NCBI RefSeq assembly: GCF_001194135.2
Contig: NC_068983.1
Location: forward strand, 166,384,641-166,448,640
Reading direction: 5' to 3'
Origin: Octopus bimaculoides
Lineage: Eukaryota
DNA: 64,000 nucleotides
The notes beneath the pieces were generated by a model that was not told the origin of the DNA, did no database searches, and saw nothing but the letters and a program-made list of their open reading frames with translations. Both the position numbers and the translations under genes were made by a program. Below, one piece after another: positions 36,637-50,749 of the stretch (positions are counted from its first letter, which is position 1; the number at the start of each line of letters is the position of its first letter).

Positions 36637-39254
36637 ATTTGAATCTTAGTAAGGAAACGGACCAAAGTTTTGATTCATTAAAAGCACTACTCCCATTTGC
36701 TAAGAGACAAAAGGTATTGAGTTAAAATCCAACCTATAACAGTATTCAGGATATATTCAGAACTAAGATACCTAAAGAAAATCAGAGATTAAACCAACTA
36801 AAATGTAGTGTAAATTCTAATATAAGTGCTTCAAATGAGAGTAATAGTTCTAAAATAGGGGTTGGTAAAGTGGTCGATAATGACCCAGGGAGAGGGTGGA
36901 TGTTATTATCTAAGGGGTTGATAAACACTTGAATTTTTATTGTTGTTTATCAATTTTGTTTAGTATTTTCATTAAATTTCTTTAAATATTTCTTATTAAA
37001 AAGAGGCAATGGAACCAAAGAACAAAGGAATTATTGTTTTGAAATGGAGAAATTTTTTTATTAATTATACATTTTATTTCAGAAATTTACATGATGGTGG
37101 AATTGATAAGTTATCTCTGATCCCATGAATGATGTAAGACATTTGATTATAAAATATATTTGTCTTAATAACAATAACTCATCTCACAACTTTATACATT
37201 TAATTTGTTGTTGCTGCTGTTGCAAATAATCAATTTCAGATACTAATATAGGAGGCGGAGTTCTAAGTAAAACTGTCTGAAGTAGCACGTATATTGGGAG
37301 TCAGTGTTCCAACATTTTCTAGCCATCAAAATCAAATCTACTTCACAAGTGGCTTCTCTATGAATTTATTAAAAAAAATAAAAGAAATTATTTCATCTTT
37401 GCTCCAGTTGTGGTTTGTGATATTTTTCTTTTTAAGTGAAACCTTTACAACAACTGAAAACGACAGACACAAATGACTTGATTACAACAAAATCCAAAAC
37501 CTATTCAATGCCAGAATGAACCATGACCATTGTCAGCAACCAACAACTACACAGAATATTTTCTCTCATTCAGGACACAAGTATCCTTGAACAGGACCAT
37601 TACAAGAACTGGAAGAAATACACAAAAAATACCAGAATTAGTCTAATCATAAAAAAACAACAAATATGCTAAAGCTAGGTTAATTGTAGCCCAAATAAAC
37701 CTACAGGGACTTATATACATTGCGTAAATTTCATTTTTCTACTATACTTATTTGATTTGTTACAGATTACCAGTTTTCCAAGAATTTGTTCAAGCTTTTT
37801 AAAGCAAACATGATTCAGTAACAGATGATACAGCATCTCTGGTGATTTAACTTGTGGCTAAAAATAATAATCTTGCATAATTTTTGAAACTTAAAAACAT
37901 TTTGAAACAAAAATTTAATTTCTTTTACAGAAGCTAAATTAGGTTTTGTTAGGAAAATATACAGAATTTTAAAAATTCTATTTAAAAAAGAAAAAAAAAT
38001 TTCAAATAGTATGGAGGGTTTATGGAGAGAAATAACTACTACCAGTAATCATTAAAAGTAATGAAAAATAAACAATTTATATGAAGAAACTGGTTTTATA
38101 TCAAACTGTAAGCCTTGAGTAATTAGTTATTCAGCCTAAGACTATTTGAATGAAGGCAGCATTATTTTGTTGAACTGAGACATCTTAATGTAGCTGAAAA
38201 GAAATCAAGCTTAGGTCATGCACTACGAATCTAAATTTAGCATTTTCTACAAAACCATTTACGAAATAAGTTTATCCTCTATAAAAAGTATGCATTACTT
38301 CATTTAGAAATACAGCATTTTTTGTCTTTCTCAGAAACATAAAATTAGTAATACCCAATAATTGAAAAATCATAACAAAAAACAAAATGCATTGCATAGA
38401 AAAGTTGCACTGCACTTCAACATAAAATGCAGATGTTCAATCAGCACAATTTGTACTTATTGATTTCAAACCAGAAATATAGTTTGCTTGTTCTGAGAGA
38501 AAAATTTGAGAAAATTTGCAGTAACAAATGAAAACTCCATTTAAAAAAAACTGCAGCTACAATGAATATCATCAGAAAAACATTATCTACAAAGAAGAGG
38601 AAAAAATAAGTCTCTTTATGCAACAACGAATCAATAGAGGGTTTTTTTTTTTTCTTAATGTTCAAAACAACGATTCTCTCCAACATAAATACAAATCCAA
38701 AAATAGGTATTTTATTGATAGTCTCTTTCTATAAAGCACTAGTCAGAAGTCGTTCAACTGAAATTCAATCACACTGGTCTTCTATAATAATTAAAGCGAA
38801 CAATAGAATTTTTAGAATAACTCCTTTTCTTTTCTTTTCTTTTTTTTTCACACAAGAGAAATGGACAAAATGCAGATTACAATCTAGTTCATAATATTAT
38901 TCCAGACAATTGACATTTAAAATGAACATACCATCATTTTGTCTAGCTTCCTCACAAACTAAGCAAATATGATTGTTTTGTTTTTCATATGGAATGAAAT
39001 AAACATCAAACACAACAAAAATATTTTAACAAACCATGGCAAAAGCAAAACATTTTTATGTCTATCAGACTATATTGAAACTGAGACATATATTATCTTC
39101 AAGCGATAAAGTAACAAGATGGAGGCAAATATCAAAATATTAATTTTTAGGTTTTTAACAGCAATGAGATATATATACATACATATATCAATAATAATAA
39201 ATGTGAAATTCTGTCTGTCCAAGACCCCTGTATCTCAGTCTACATTTGCTCTTC

Positions 39255-40376
39255 TTCTTTAGGTTCATTGGTGCCTCTTGAGTAGCACATCAGGTAGTCA
39301 TTGAATATCAATTATCTGTCTCTGGCCAACTGGTATACTTCTTCCCAGGTAATGTTCAGTCTGCATAGGTCTTCTCTGAAGGTACCATGCCATGTCTTCC
39401 TTGGCCGACTTCTTTTTCTCTTACCGTCCAGCAGCATCTAAGCCCATGCCTGTTTTGGCAAGCCTCTCCTCTGGCAGTCTTAGTATGTGTCCTGCCATTC
39501 TCATTCATCGTTTGGTTACAATTACATGCATAGGCTTTACTCTTGCTGCTTGGAAAATGGCTTCATTTATCACTTTGTCTTGATAAGTGATTCTTAGGAT
39601 CTTTCTGAGGCACTGCTGAAGAAAAGCATCGAGTTGGCAAGCAATTTTAGCAGTCATCTTCCAGGTCTCAGCTGCATACTGATATTGGTAGTATTGCTGT
39701 TTTGTGCAGGCAAATCTTCAGCTCTATCCTCATAGTGTTGACACACCAAATACTACTGCTGCCTTGCAATTCTGCAGCTTACATCTGTCTTTGCATCGCC
39801 ATTGTTTATCACTATGCTTCTCAGATATGTGAAGCTTGTAACTTCTTCAAATGGTTCTTGTCCAGCTTTCACTGGTACACTTTCAACTTGTTTCCCAACT
39901 TACATTACCTTCGATTATGACCACTGATTCTCAACCCAGTCTTTGCTGTTTCCCTTTCCATTTTTGTTGTCATTTCTTGTAATGTTGGGCGATTCTCTGC
40001 CAAAAGGGAAATGTCATCAGCAGATCGTGCTGCGAGCAAATATTCACACTGCACAACATCATAGAACAATGCATGGAAAACCAAGGACCACTAATAAGAA
40101 ACTTCATTGACTTCAAAAAGGCATTTGACAGGGTGCATAAAGAAACCCTCTGGGAGATTACAGAAGTGCATGGAATACCAGACGATTACATCAATCTGCT
40201 TAGCAGTTTCTACAACAACTCAAGTTGCTTCATTAGAGCAGAGTATGGATACAGTGGTTTCCTTAAGATCGTAACTGGAGTAAGACAAGGCTGTCTCCCA
40301 TCACCAATATTGTTTCTGATGGTCATTGATTTTGTTATGCAAAGATCAATGGTGGGACCAGCTGTAGGTCCACAAT
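39255..40376 (-). mobile_element. Second RTE-family LINE copy with 5' inversion
   Basis: Minus strand 40022-39255: ADDISLLAE..AAETWKM..MAGHILR..SRPRKTW. Plus strand 40022-40376: RSCCEQIFTLHNIIEQC..FIDFKKAFDRV..GVRQGCLPSPILF. Confidence 0.88.
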
Positions 40377-40428
40377 AGCTAGCTTAAAAATTTGCACGGA
40401 GTGTGGCTCTTAAGCTAGTATATATATA

Positions 40429-41979
40429 CAGGGGTTGGACAAAATAATGAAAACACCTAGCATCATAATTTTTAAATATCTATAAAACCATCAAAAGCTT
40501 CTTTACTTTTGTTTTTTGATTTATTATTAGTGTTGCTTAATATGTTTTGCTAAAATTGCTGTTTCTTTTCAGATATCGTCAGAAAAGGGTAATTAAAATT
40601 CATTAAAATGACAGATCTATCGGACTTTCAAAGAGGTCAAATTGTTGGTGCTTGTATGGCAGGCACTAGCGTAACAAAAACAGCCAAAATGTTTGGTGTA
40701 TCAAGAAGTACTGTCTCAAAAGTAATGACAGCTTTTGAGGAAGAGGGAAAAACCTCCTTGTCAAAACAAAACTGTGGAAGAAAACCAAAACTTTCAGATA
40801 GGGACCATCAGACTCTTACACGAATTGTTAGAAAGGATCACAAATGTACAGCTACCAAAATTACTGCAGAGCTTAACGACCAGCTCGAGAACCTAGTTTC
40901 CATGAAAACTGTTTGCTGGGAGCTGCACAAAACCGGATTTCATGGGAAGGCTGCAATCAGAAAACCACTACTTTCAAAAACAAACATTGCAAAGCATTTA
41001 GAGTGGAGTAAAAACCTGCAGAATTGGTCCCTAGAACAGTGGGAGAATGTTATTTTCTCAGACGACATCCTTTACCTTATTTCCAACCACCGGCCAAGTA
41101 TAAGTGTGGAGACAGCCAAAAGAAGCATTTGACCCAGACTGCCTTCTTCCAACTGTTAAACATAGAGGAGGATCTGTGATGATCTGGGGAACTATATCTT
41201 GGAAATTTGTCAGCCCAATGGCTTCCATTCGTGGCAGAATTAATAGTCAAGACTATTTAAGCATTTTATCTCATCAAATTCATCCTATGGTTGCAGAACT
41301 GTTTCTGGAGGGAAAAGCAATCTTTCAGGATGATAATGCATCAATTCACACAGCTAAAGTTGTTACTGAATGGCACAAGGAACATTCTGATGAAGTTGAA
41401 CATCTTATCTGGCCACCACAGTCCCTAGATCTCAATATTATTGAACATTTATGGTGCATTTTAGAAAAACAAGTAAGGAGTCAATATCCTCCACCATCAT
41501 CATCATCATCATCATCATAGTCATTTAACATCTGCTTTCCATGCTAGAATGGGTTGGACGATTTGACTGAGGACTGGTGAAACCAGATGGCTACACCAGG
41601 CTCCAATCTGATTTGGCAGAGTTTCTACAGCTGGATGCCCTTCCTAACGCCAACCACTCCGAGAGTGTAGTGGGTGCTTTTACATGCCACCGGTACGAAG
41701 GCCAGTCAGGCAGTACTGGCAACGGCCACGCTCAAAATGGTGTATTTTACATGCCACCCGCACAAGAGCCAGTCCAGGGGCACTGGCATCATCACTATAA
41801 TAAATAGAGACTGTTTTAGCTGAAGAATGGACAAAAATTCCTTTGGAAACAATTCAAACTTTGTACGAGTGCATACCTCGTAGAATTTGAGCCCTAATTA
41901 CTGCCAAACGCAGTTCTACACGATATTAAAATTAATTTGTTTAATTTTAAGGCGTTTCCATTATTTTGCTGAGCCCCTG
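40429..41979 (+). mobile_element. Tc1-like DNA transposon, disrupted transposase, DD36E spacing
   Basis: TA|CAGGGGTTGGACAAAATAATGAAAACACC and GGCGTTTCCATTATTTTGCTGAGCCCCTG TIRs. HTH N-terminus, VIFSD, FQDDNA and WPPQSLDLNIIE. Frameshift near 41065, stop near 41102, SINE insertion 41495-41795. Confidence 0.93.
41495..41795 (-). mobile_element. RTE-tail element inserted in the Tc1 transposase
   Basis: CATCATCA on both sides; the transposase resumes at ~41805 (ETVLAEEWTKIPLETIQTLY). Confidence 0.88.
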
Positions 41980-42454
41980 TGTNNNNNNNNNNNNNNNNNN
42001 NNNNNNNNNNNNNNNNNNNNNNNNNNNNNNNNNNNNNNNNNNNNNNNNNNNNNNNNNNNNNNNNNNNNNNNNNNNNNNNNNNNNNNNNNNNNNNNNNNNN
42101 NNNNNNNNNNNNNNNNNNNNNNNNNNNNNNNNNNNNNNNNNNNNNNNNNNNNNNNNNNNNNNNNNNNNNNNNNNNNNNNNNNNNNNNNNNNNNNNNNNNN
42201 NNNNNNNNNNNNNNNNNNNNNNNNNNNNNNNNNNNNNNNNNNNNNNNNNNNNNNNNNNNNNNNNNNNNNNNNNNNNNNNNNNNNNNNNNNNNNNNNNNNN
42301 NNNNNNNNNNNNNNNNNNNNNNNNNNNNNNNNNNNNNNNNNNNNNNNNNNNNNNNNNNNNNNNNNNNNNNNNNNNNNNNNNNNNNNNNNNNNNNNNNNNN
42401 NNNNNNNNNNNNNNNNNNNNNNNNNNNNNNNNNNNNNNNNNNNNNNNNNNNNNN

Positions 42455-42487
<33 letters not shown>

Positions 42488-43609
42488 CTATATTTCACTA
42501 TTATTATTATTATCATCAAAATGTTTAATACTTAAAAAGTATTGCATGTATTGTTCTCCTTTGTATCATAACAAACAAGAGAAGAGCAAAGATTCATAAG
42601 TAGGATTTATTTGACTATAGGCTTTTCTTCAGACATTATTGTAAGCAATTGCTTTTGTTATTTTGCAGCAGGATGCAGGGGACCTATAATCAATGGCTAT
42701 CCAGCCAAGACCATCTCATCTTTAATTTAGACAGTGCATCTAAGACTACATTACCTAGTATGTCTATCTGAAGGTAAGGTGTGTTTTGAGGAAGATTTAG
42801 TTACTATTTTCTTGCTGGTCAAGTAAATATATATAGAGGCTCCCTCACTGGCTCAATAGCCTTTGATATATGTCCTGATATATATTATTAGGACATTTAA
42901 AAGATAGGTGTGAATGGTAAATACCACCTACCCACTTTCCTTCTTCAACGCAAATGAGAACAACCCTGCTTCTATGATAGAAACATATATAAACTTCATG
43001 TTTGAAAGTGATCTAAATTAAAAATTTTCTATCAAAATTGCATATCAATTTCAATTCCACACACCAATTTAATAATGACAAAGTTTGCATTGTGCATGAT
43101 ATACAGAATGCTATTTTGAACTAATACTACTTTTGTCACTAATAACAAATATTTTTCTATCCAGCCAGCTAACTGTGAGACTAGTGATGTGTTAATTACT
43201 GCTTTTCTATATCAGTAGAGGATAAATATGTCTTAGCATGTGATTGATAGAGGATACTTGCTACAAATGATGCTCAAGAAGCAGTAATATATATTTAGCA
43301 ATTCCAACACAGCTGCTAGACACTTTTTATCTGCTGCTGATATATTTGTGTTTTTTAACACTATACATCAATACAATATGTTTTCTTGAGACAACTATTG
43401 CAGTTTTCAAACTCTCAACAGTATATCTGCATTAAGTATGATATACAGATTGCTATTTTGAAAATATACTTTAATAAAAAAGAAAATATGGTAATGAAAG
43501 GATTTAGACTTCCTACACTTAACTGGAGCAAATCCAAAACTATTCTTTCTATTGAGCAACCATGATTTCTACTGCTTAAGTCATAGCAACAACAACAGAA
43601 AAACTTAAT

Positions 43610-43980
43610 ATTGCAGTGTGATTGAGAAGTTTGCTTCCCAACCACATGATTTTTAGGTCCCGCCCCAATGTGTGGCACTTTTGGCAAGTGTCTTCTACCA
43701 TAGCTCCTGGCCAACCAAAGCCTTGTGAATAAAGTTGGTAGAAGGAAACTGAAAGAAGCCCACTATGTGTGTGTGTCCTTGTGTTGACATGGCATGGGAG
43801 TTGTAAACAAGTGACGCTGTCACATAAACGATATATGAAAACATATCTGGCCACAAGGAATATTACTTTGGTTGGAAACAAGTGAGAGTTGGCTATGGAA
43901 AGGCATCCAGACAGAAAATCTGCTTCAATAAACTCTGTGTGACCTATGCAAGCAAAGATAAGATGTTAAAATGATGAGGA
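43610..43980 (+). mobile_element. tRNA-head SINE with RTE-type tail
   Basis: AGAAGTTTGCTTCCCAACCAC head; GGAAAGGCATCCAG and ATGATGAGG tail. Confidence 0.8.
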
Positions 43981-44649
43981 GGAAAATTGCTTAACTTCTT
44001 TGAGTTCAGTACCATCTTCAAAACATCTATTTCCAACACACCAACAAAATTTTATTTTTTAAGCATTACTAATTAACATTACTCATCAAAAAAGATGAAA
44101 TTTATGTTTGTTTAACAAGTACAGATTAGATAATTAAAAATGTTAAAAATGTGTTGACATAGTCTCAGTGATTAGTTACGAAATATCATCTACTCATCTG
44201 CAGATGTTATTTTGTAACTAACTACCTAACAACTAAAGCTGTTAACATAAAACATCCTGAGTATGTATATTTAAGAAAATAAACAGTATTTAGATAATTC
44301 ATATACAATAACAATAATAACAATACTGAAACTGTTGTATATTTAAGCAAGTCTAACAATTTCTAAGAAGACTGTGTGTCAAATACATGTCAGTCTCCAA
44401 AGATTTGTGAACAATTGTGCTATATTAGTTAAAATACCTAAGTGTTCTTAATACACATGTAGTTTTTTTTCTTTATTTATTTCTTTTTAGCCTGTCACTC
44501 ATTTTAGTCTAAATATTTAAGTACTGTAGAGTTCAGCAAATCAGCTTAATAATTTGTTGTTCTAATGAGGTTAAATGAAAATAGACTATATTTGCAAACA
44601 AATAAATTAAATTAGTACTATTAACAATAAGGAATATATATATATATAT

Positions 44650-45150
44650 AGGCATGGCAGCATGTTTAAGAAGATCACTTCCAAACCATAAAATTTCAGA
44701 TTCACTCCCATTGCATGGTACCTTGGGCAAGTGTCTTCTAATACAGTGCTGGACAAATTAGCCAATTAAAGCCTTTGTGAGAGTATTCAGGAGATAGAGA
44801 GTGAAAGAAGCCTGTTGTGCGTGTGAGTGAGTGACTTCATATTTCCCTCACATTCACTGGTTTGTAAACAATGCCTTCCTGACGCTTATTTACTTACTGT
44901 CCACTACAAAAGTATTTCTGGGCTTCTTGGTGTCTTGACATGTTAAGTGATCTTTGTAAAAAAAAAAGCTCAGTCATACGATGTTTGTTCCCAGTTCTTC
45001 ACATGAAATGTGTTCCGCTATACGATAGATAGGGAGATTGTAGAAAGGCTGGTGATAGGAAAGGCATCTGGCCTTAGAAAGTCTCTGTCCAAACTTATTC
45101 TTGTCAGACTCATGAAAGCATGGAACAAAATAGACATTAAAACAATGATA
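44650..45150 (+). mobile_element. tRNA-head SINE with RTE-type tail
   Basis: GTACCTTGGGCAAGTGTCTTCT head core; AAGGCATCTGGCC tail core. Confidence 0.7.
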
Positions 45151-45197
45151 ATGTGTTGTGTCTGGGGAGAGTCATTCTCTTTTAGTGCCTTATAATT

Positions 45198-45253
<56 letters not shown>

Positions 45254-45481
45254 ACACACACACACACCGGTAAAATTTCCACTCATTTACTTATTTGTTT
45301 TTCTAAAATTTACGTTGCATCTTGCAACCTTTTCAATAGTTGTTGACATATGATGTGTGACTATGAGTCCAATAAAAATTGCCAATCACAAAAGGTTCCT
45401 CAATGCAATAGAAACCAAATACTGAGCAATGAAGAACGTAAGAATAAACGAGGAGACTCACTGGATACATTAATACAATGT

Positions 45482-45706
45482 TTAATCATTTTGGTACCAA
45501 CCTACCCAAGACTGCTCTTTGCTCTATAATATAAACTTCCAGTTTTAAAGTGATCCAAATTAATCCATCAAAATTTCATGTTAGTTTATGTTCCAAACAC
45601 CAGTTTGATGATGGCAAGGTTATTTTAGTAAATTTGTCACTATTTTCTAAATTAATTGAAGTAAAGGCAATGTATTTCAATAGAAAGATGATAACAAAAG
45701 GATTAG
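45482..45706 (-). mobile_element. TTAA-type MITE copy
   Basis: TTAATCATTTTGGTACCAACC start; shared body. Confidence 0.7.
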
Positions 45707-47080
45707 GGTATAAAACAATCTGCACAAGGAGAACTTTTTATTTTAGACACACACACACACGCAGGGGGAAGGGCAATACTCATGAACTGTTTCATGGTCT
45801 CTGACAAGTGGGAGAAGTTATCCTCAGCTGAAAACTTGGTTGTATGGCTTTCACTATTGGCATCCAAAGACCAGATGTTACTAAGATATGGTTAAAGCAG
45901 ATACAGAGGACAAAAGTGAGATAAGTTCTGACATAGATTCAGGTGAGAGAGAAAAAACAGAAATGATAAAATATGTCTATGTTAACCATAAAAGGTTAAG
46001 AGTTACTAAGTTTCAACTGCCAATATTTTGAAATAGACATATTTTGTTACATATAAAGAGACAATAATAATTGTGAGACCATATTAACCTTGTGGTCTAA
46101 ACAACACCTTTGATATTGAGGGGAGGGGCTAATATACTATTTGTTCAACTTAATACAGTGTGAAGCTGAAAAACCTCCCATATTTTATGCAGCCATTGGA
46201 GAAGTTAAACAGGTGGTAATAGTGTCTTTATGTAGCAAATGTTTTAACATTTTTTTGTTGTTATTTTTATTCTTTAAGCTTCTTTTTTAAGTAACTATCA
46301 TGATATAAAGTGGTGCATACCATGTGTTTGCTGTTGAAGAATTTGTCAAATGTAAAAAGTTTCTTTGCTGGATCCTATTTGAAATCAATCAAATCTCAGC
46401 ATGTAATGAATTCCAAATTGAGTTGTGTTTCATTGGGTGAAAGTATCCTGGCTTACTGGATATATATCGCTCAGTATAATTAAGAACATTAAATTACCCC
46501 ATGAAGATGATTGGCAGTAATGAGCTACAAATGCACTAAAGACATTTTCATGAAACATTTAATGAGAAATATAAATCTAAAGAAATCAAAAAGTCAAATT
46601 TGCTTCAGATTGTTACCTTGTATTAATGTAAACCATAAGATGTGGAAACATGTCCAACAATGGGGAAATATTAGCTTACTTGGAAACAAGTGATTTTGTT
46701 GGTAGCAAGAAGAGCATCCAACCATAAAAAAAAAGATCTGCTAGAATGAATTTCATCTGATCCATACAAGCATGGAATTTCATGTTAGAATGTTGAAACA
46801 ATGATGATGGAAATATTAATATATTCTTTATATATATATATATATATATCAATATATCAAAAATCAATTAAATATGTACTTTTAAAACAACAGATTTCAA
46901 AATCTTCAAAAATCATAGCTGGAAAATTATTTTATATATAAAAAAAATAAGGGAAACATATATAAGGAAATACTTTTAAGATGTTTATCATGCCAATAGA
47001 AGCAGCTTAAAACTTAAATATATCCACATATAGTTTTACAGTTCAGTTGCTAAACACTTTTACTTCTGCGATCCTGTCAT

Positions 47081-47154
<74 letters not shown>

Positions 47155-49802
47155 TGTGTGCGTGTGCGTGTGTGTTTTTACACATACACACATGTAATAG
47201 TTGGAATGAAACAACTACTTGGCTAAATGTTGCAAAGAAAAGAAAAAAGAATAAAAATAGGTAATTTTTTTATTTTAAATTGAGTTATAACTGACAAGTT
47301 TCATATCTGAGCTGAGAATTGTACACAAATGAAAGCATACGTTCACTCAAAAAGGTCATCAAGTTGACACTATGATCAACATCAGATTAAAAGCAAAGTT
47401 TTACACTGGTTTAAATTAGACCAGCATCTTTATCAATGAAAATTATGCTGTTGTTGTTGGAGGCTGCTTTATCAAAATATAACACCTGATGTTCTTAGTC
47501 ATGACACCATTATTGGAAAGATTATCACTTCTCTGTTCCCCCCCCATACCCCCACCTCACTTTTTTTTTCACTCTCACAGTATAATCTTTCAGATTGTCA
47601 AATTTTTTTCATTTTTTTCTCCTCCTACTAACTCAACCACTTGTCTTGGAAAATTTCATGACAGCTCTCTGATTGGTTTCACTCTCACATAGAAAACAAC
47701 ACTAAAGTGGCTTCCGTTTTTCTTCTACTCTTTCAGAAATCATTGGAGATGTTATCCAGTAGCACTGCCTTGATCTAATCCTATCAGAATTTCCAAACAA
47801 TAAATGGAATGTCTCCTAACAAGTTCAATAATGAGTTCACTCATACCCAATAATAATCTGTCTATATGTCATTACCAACTGTTCTAACTATTTACATTAT
47901 ATTCACTATGTTTTAAGTAGATAAAACTTCAGATTTTGGAACAACAAAACAAGATTAAGCTTTGTTCCCAGCTGCCAGATAAGATTTCAGTAAAATATTG
48001 GAGTTCTTTACAGCCTATTATAAGTAATAGAAACACAACAAAAACAAAACATGATATAAAATGAACCAGATAAAGTGATAAAAACTATAATTACAGATTG
48101 ATACAAATGTATGAAATACATGGTTACATACATACACAGGTATATTCTGTACTTTGAAGTAAAGTGTTGTTGTGGTTAATGCTTTCCATTTTATAACATA
48201 GCATTTATGTCTAGTGGTGATCTGCCTTGGGCAAGTTCTGTCCATGTGAACCTTCTTCCGCACTCTCTATATAAAATGACTTGAGAGGGCCCATACTATT
48301 TCCTGCCACCATTAAGTAGATTACTGGAACTTTCACTACTATGACTGAGATGAATATGAGTGTGGTTGCCTGTTGCCTTCTATAGGCAGATGGGATTTGA
48401 ACTCAGAATGTAGGGAGCCAGAAGATATACTGTAAGGCATCTCTGTCATCAGCTGCACTAACAACAGTTTGTTCTGTCACTACCACCAAGGAAAAAAAAA
48501 CCACAGCACTAGCCAAACACATCTGGAAATCAAAGAATGTAAGAGCAAATATGAACATCACATGAGCAATTATAGAAAGAGCACCCACATTTAGGAACGA
48601 TCTATGTTCTGAGTTTTCTGTCACTCAGAGAGACTCCTCATCATTTATCGCCTACCTTTGAGTATGCATCACTCAAATCCTAAACAAAAATCAGATATTA
48701 TCTCAATTTGCCAACATAGTTTCTGCTGATTAACTCCTAGACAAAACTACTTAATACTTAATGTTGATCCATCATCAATTGCATGATCAGTCAAAGGCTT
48801 TCAACACTTAAATATCCAAACAAACATTTTATTATTTTAGACTTGCTGATGAGTTAAGTTAACTATAAAGTGGATTGCATGAAACTTTTATGTATGAGAA
48901 AATGGTCACATGCAATTGTATGGGTGTGATTAATGAACAATGAACATGGATTCAAACCTTGCTGCCTTAAAGGTCCAATTATTATGTAATATTTACAATA
49001 TAATACTTTGTAATAACATCTAATATGTTCAGACAATTTACCTCACCTTCAGAGGAGAAACATTTTTCTATTATTTATATCTGCACCGTTTTGATTGGTT
49101 TCTTTCTGATCATTATAAGGTATCTTATTCTTATATCTGAGTAGTGTAATACTCTGGACTCAACTAGCATCAGTGACACAGTTGATAAGAGAGTTACTAG
49201 TATTAGTTTTTAAATATTAGACTATAGTTTGAATCCAGTCAATGTGTATATGTATGTATGTGTGTGTGAGTATATATGTATGTTTGCTTACATTTGAAGC
49301 AGTGATGTTGTTTCTCCCATCAACAAATTTTCCATTGGCTGTGCAGCTTCAGTGGCATAAGAGCTCCTTTACTTAAAAATTAGGTAAGAGTTAGCAACAG
49401 GAAGAGCATTAAGCTTTAAAAAATGCTGCAATATAAACATCTAACCCATACTAGCATGGAAAAATGGATGTAAAACCAACCAAATATATATTTCTTGTTA
49501 TAGCCTTGGATCAACTCAAGACTTGCAAGAGTAATTGACTGAATGGAAATTGTGTGAGTGTCTATCATATATGAACTGTACCTGTAACTCAAAAGTCCAA
49601 CACGACACTGAATGACAAGTCTAGTCTTGTGATACAATGTCATGTTGAGTGATAAGTCCAGTCCTGAGGCACACTCAGCATGATACCATGTTAAGGGCTA
49701 CAAATATCTGTGGACTATTCAGTCATTTAGATTATAATCTAAGCTGGTTGTAATTAAACCACTAGACTTGTCACTCGGTGAAACTGGTGTGAGGTATTTA
49801 TG

Positions 49803-50690
49803 CAAAGTGGTATCAAAAAGATCCCAGACTATTTCTGTAGCGCACCAACAGATGGCAGCATATGGTTGCATGTGCAGTGAGAGCTAGCAGTGACCTTCAT
49901 GAGGCAGTGTGCCGAGTGACATCACTGTGTTTACTTTACAAGTTGTAAAATTTGTGTTTTTGGGATCACTTGTATGCTGTAGTCTGTGATTTTTGTGATG
50001 GACAGGAAGTGCCAACGTGAAATTTTGCATAAAACTTGAGAAGTCTGCTACAGGAGACATTGAGCATGCATCGGCAGGCTTATGGCAATGAGACAATGGG
50101 TTGTACTCAATGTCTTGAGTGGCAGAGGACTTCAAAAGACATGCCAGAGCAGCAGTTCAATCAAGAGCATGCTCATGGTTTTGTTTTTCTTTTGACATCC
50201 ATAGTATTGTGCATTGCATATTCGTCCCCCAGGGCCAGGACCATCAATCAAGAGCTCTACCGTGACGTTTTAAAGCATTTGAGGGAGGACATTCAGTGAA
50301 AGGGACCAGATCTGTGGAATGCAAAGAATTGGATTTTCTCACTGAGCTCTCCTCACTCATGAGTTCCTCACCAAAAACAACATGGTATCGCTTCTGCACC
50401 CACTTATTCACCAGATTTAGCACCTGCAGACTTCCATCTCTTCTCCAAGATAAAAATGCAACTCAAAGGTCACCATTTTAACACTGCTGTCAAGATCAAG
50501 AGCAAATCGCTGAAGGTCTTCAACTCACTTAAGGAGAACGGCTTCCAGGCCAGATTCCACAAGTAGCACACTAGGATCAGTGTATTACAGTGCAAAGTGA
50601 TTATTTTGAAGGAGACGATATTAAAACTTAAGTAAATAAGTTATCTTTTATTAAACATAACTAGTTCTGGAACTTTTTGATACCATCTCA
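49803..50690 (+). mobile_element. Internally deleted mariner element
   Basis: TIRs GTGGTATCAAAAAGATCCCAG / CTGGAACTTTTTGATACCATCTCA|TA. YSPDLAPADFHLF and TINQELY motifs; the second catalytic D region is deleted. Confidence 0.88.
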
Positions 50691-50749
50691 TATACACACA
50701 AACACACACAGAGAAAGATAAAGGCATATTTTCAAGACATAAAAATACA

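Noticed and set aside
40377-40420. 9-bp inverted repeat CTAGCTTAA..TTAAGCTAG between the LINE and the Tc1
   Set aside because: Too short; single occurrence; compatible with chance or junction filler.
48846-48900. CTGATGA-GTT..AAC..GAAA; a similar CTGAAGA lies at 10740
   Set aside because: Spacing and stems I/III do not fit; heptamers are expected by chance in 64 kb.
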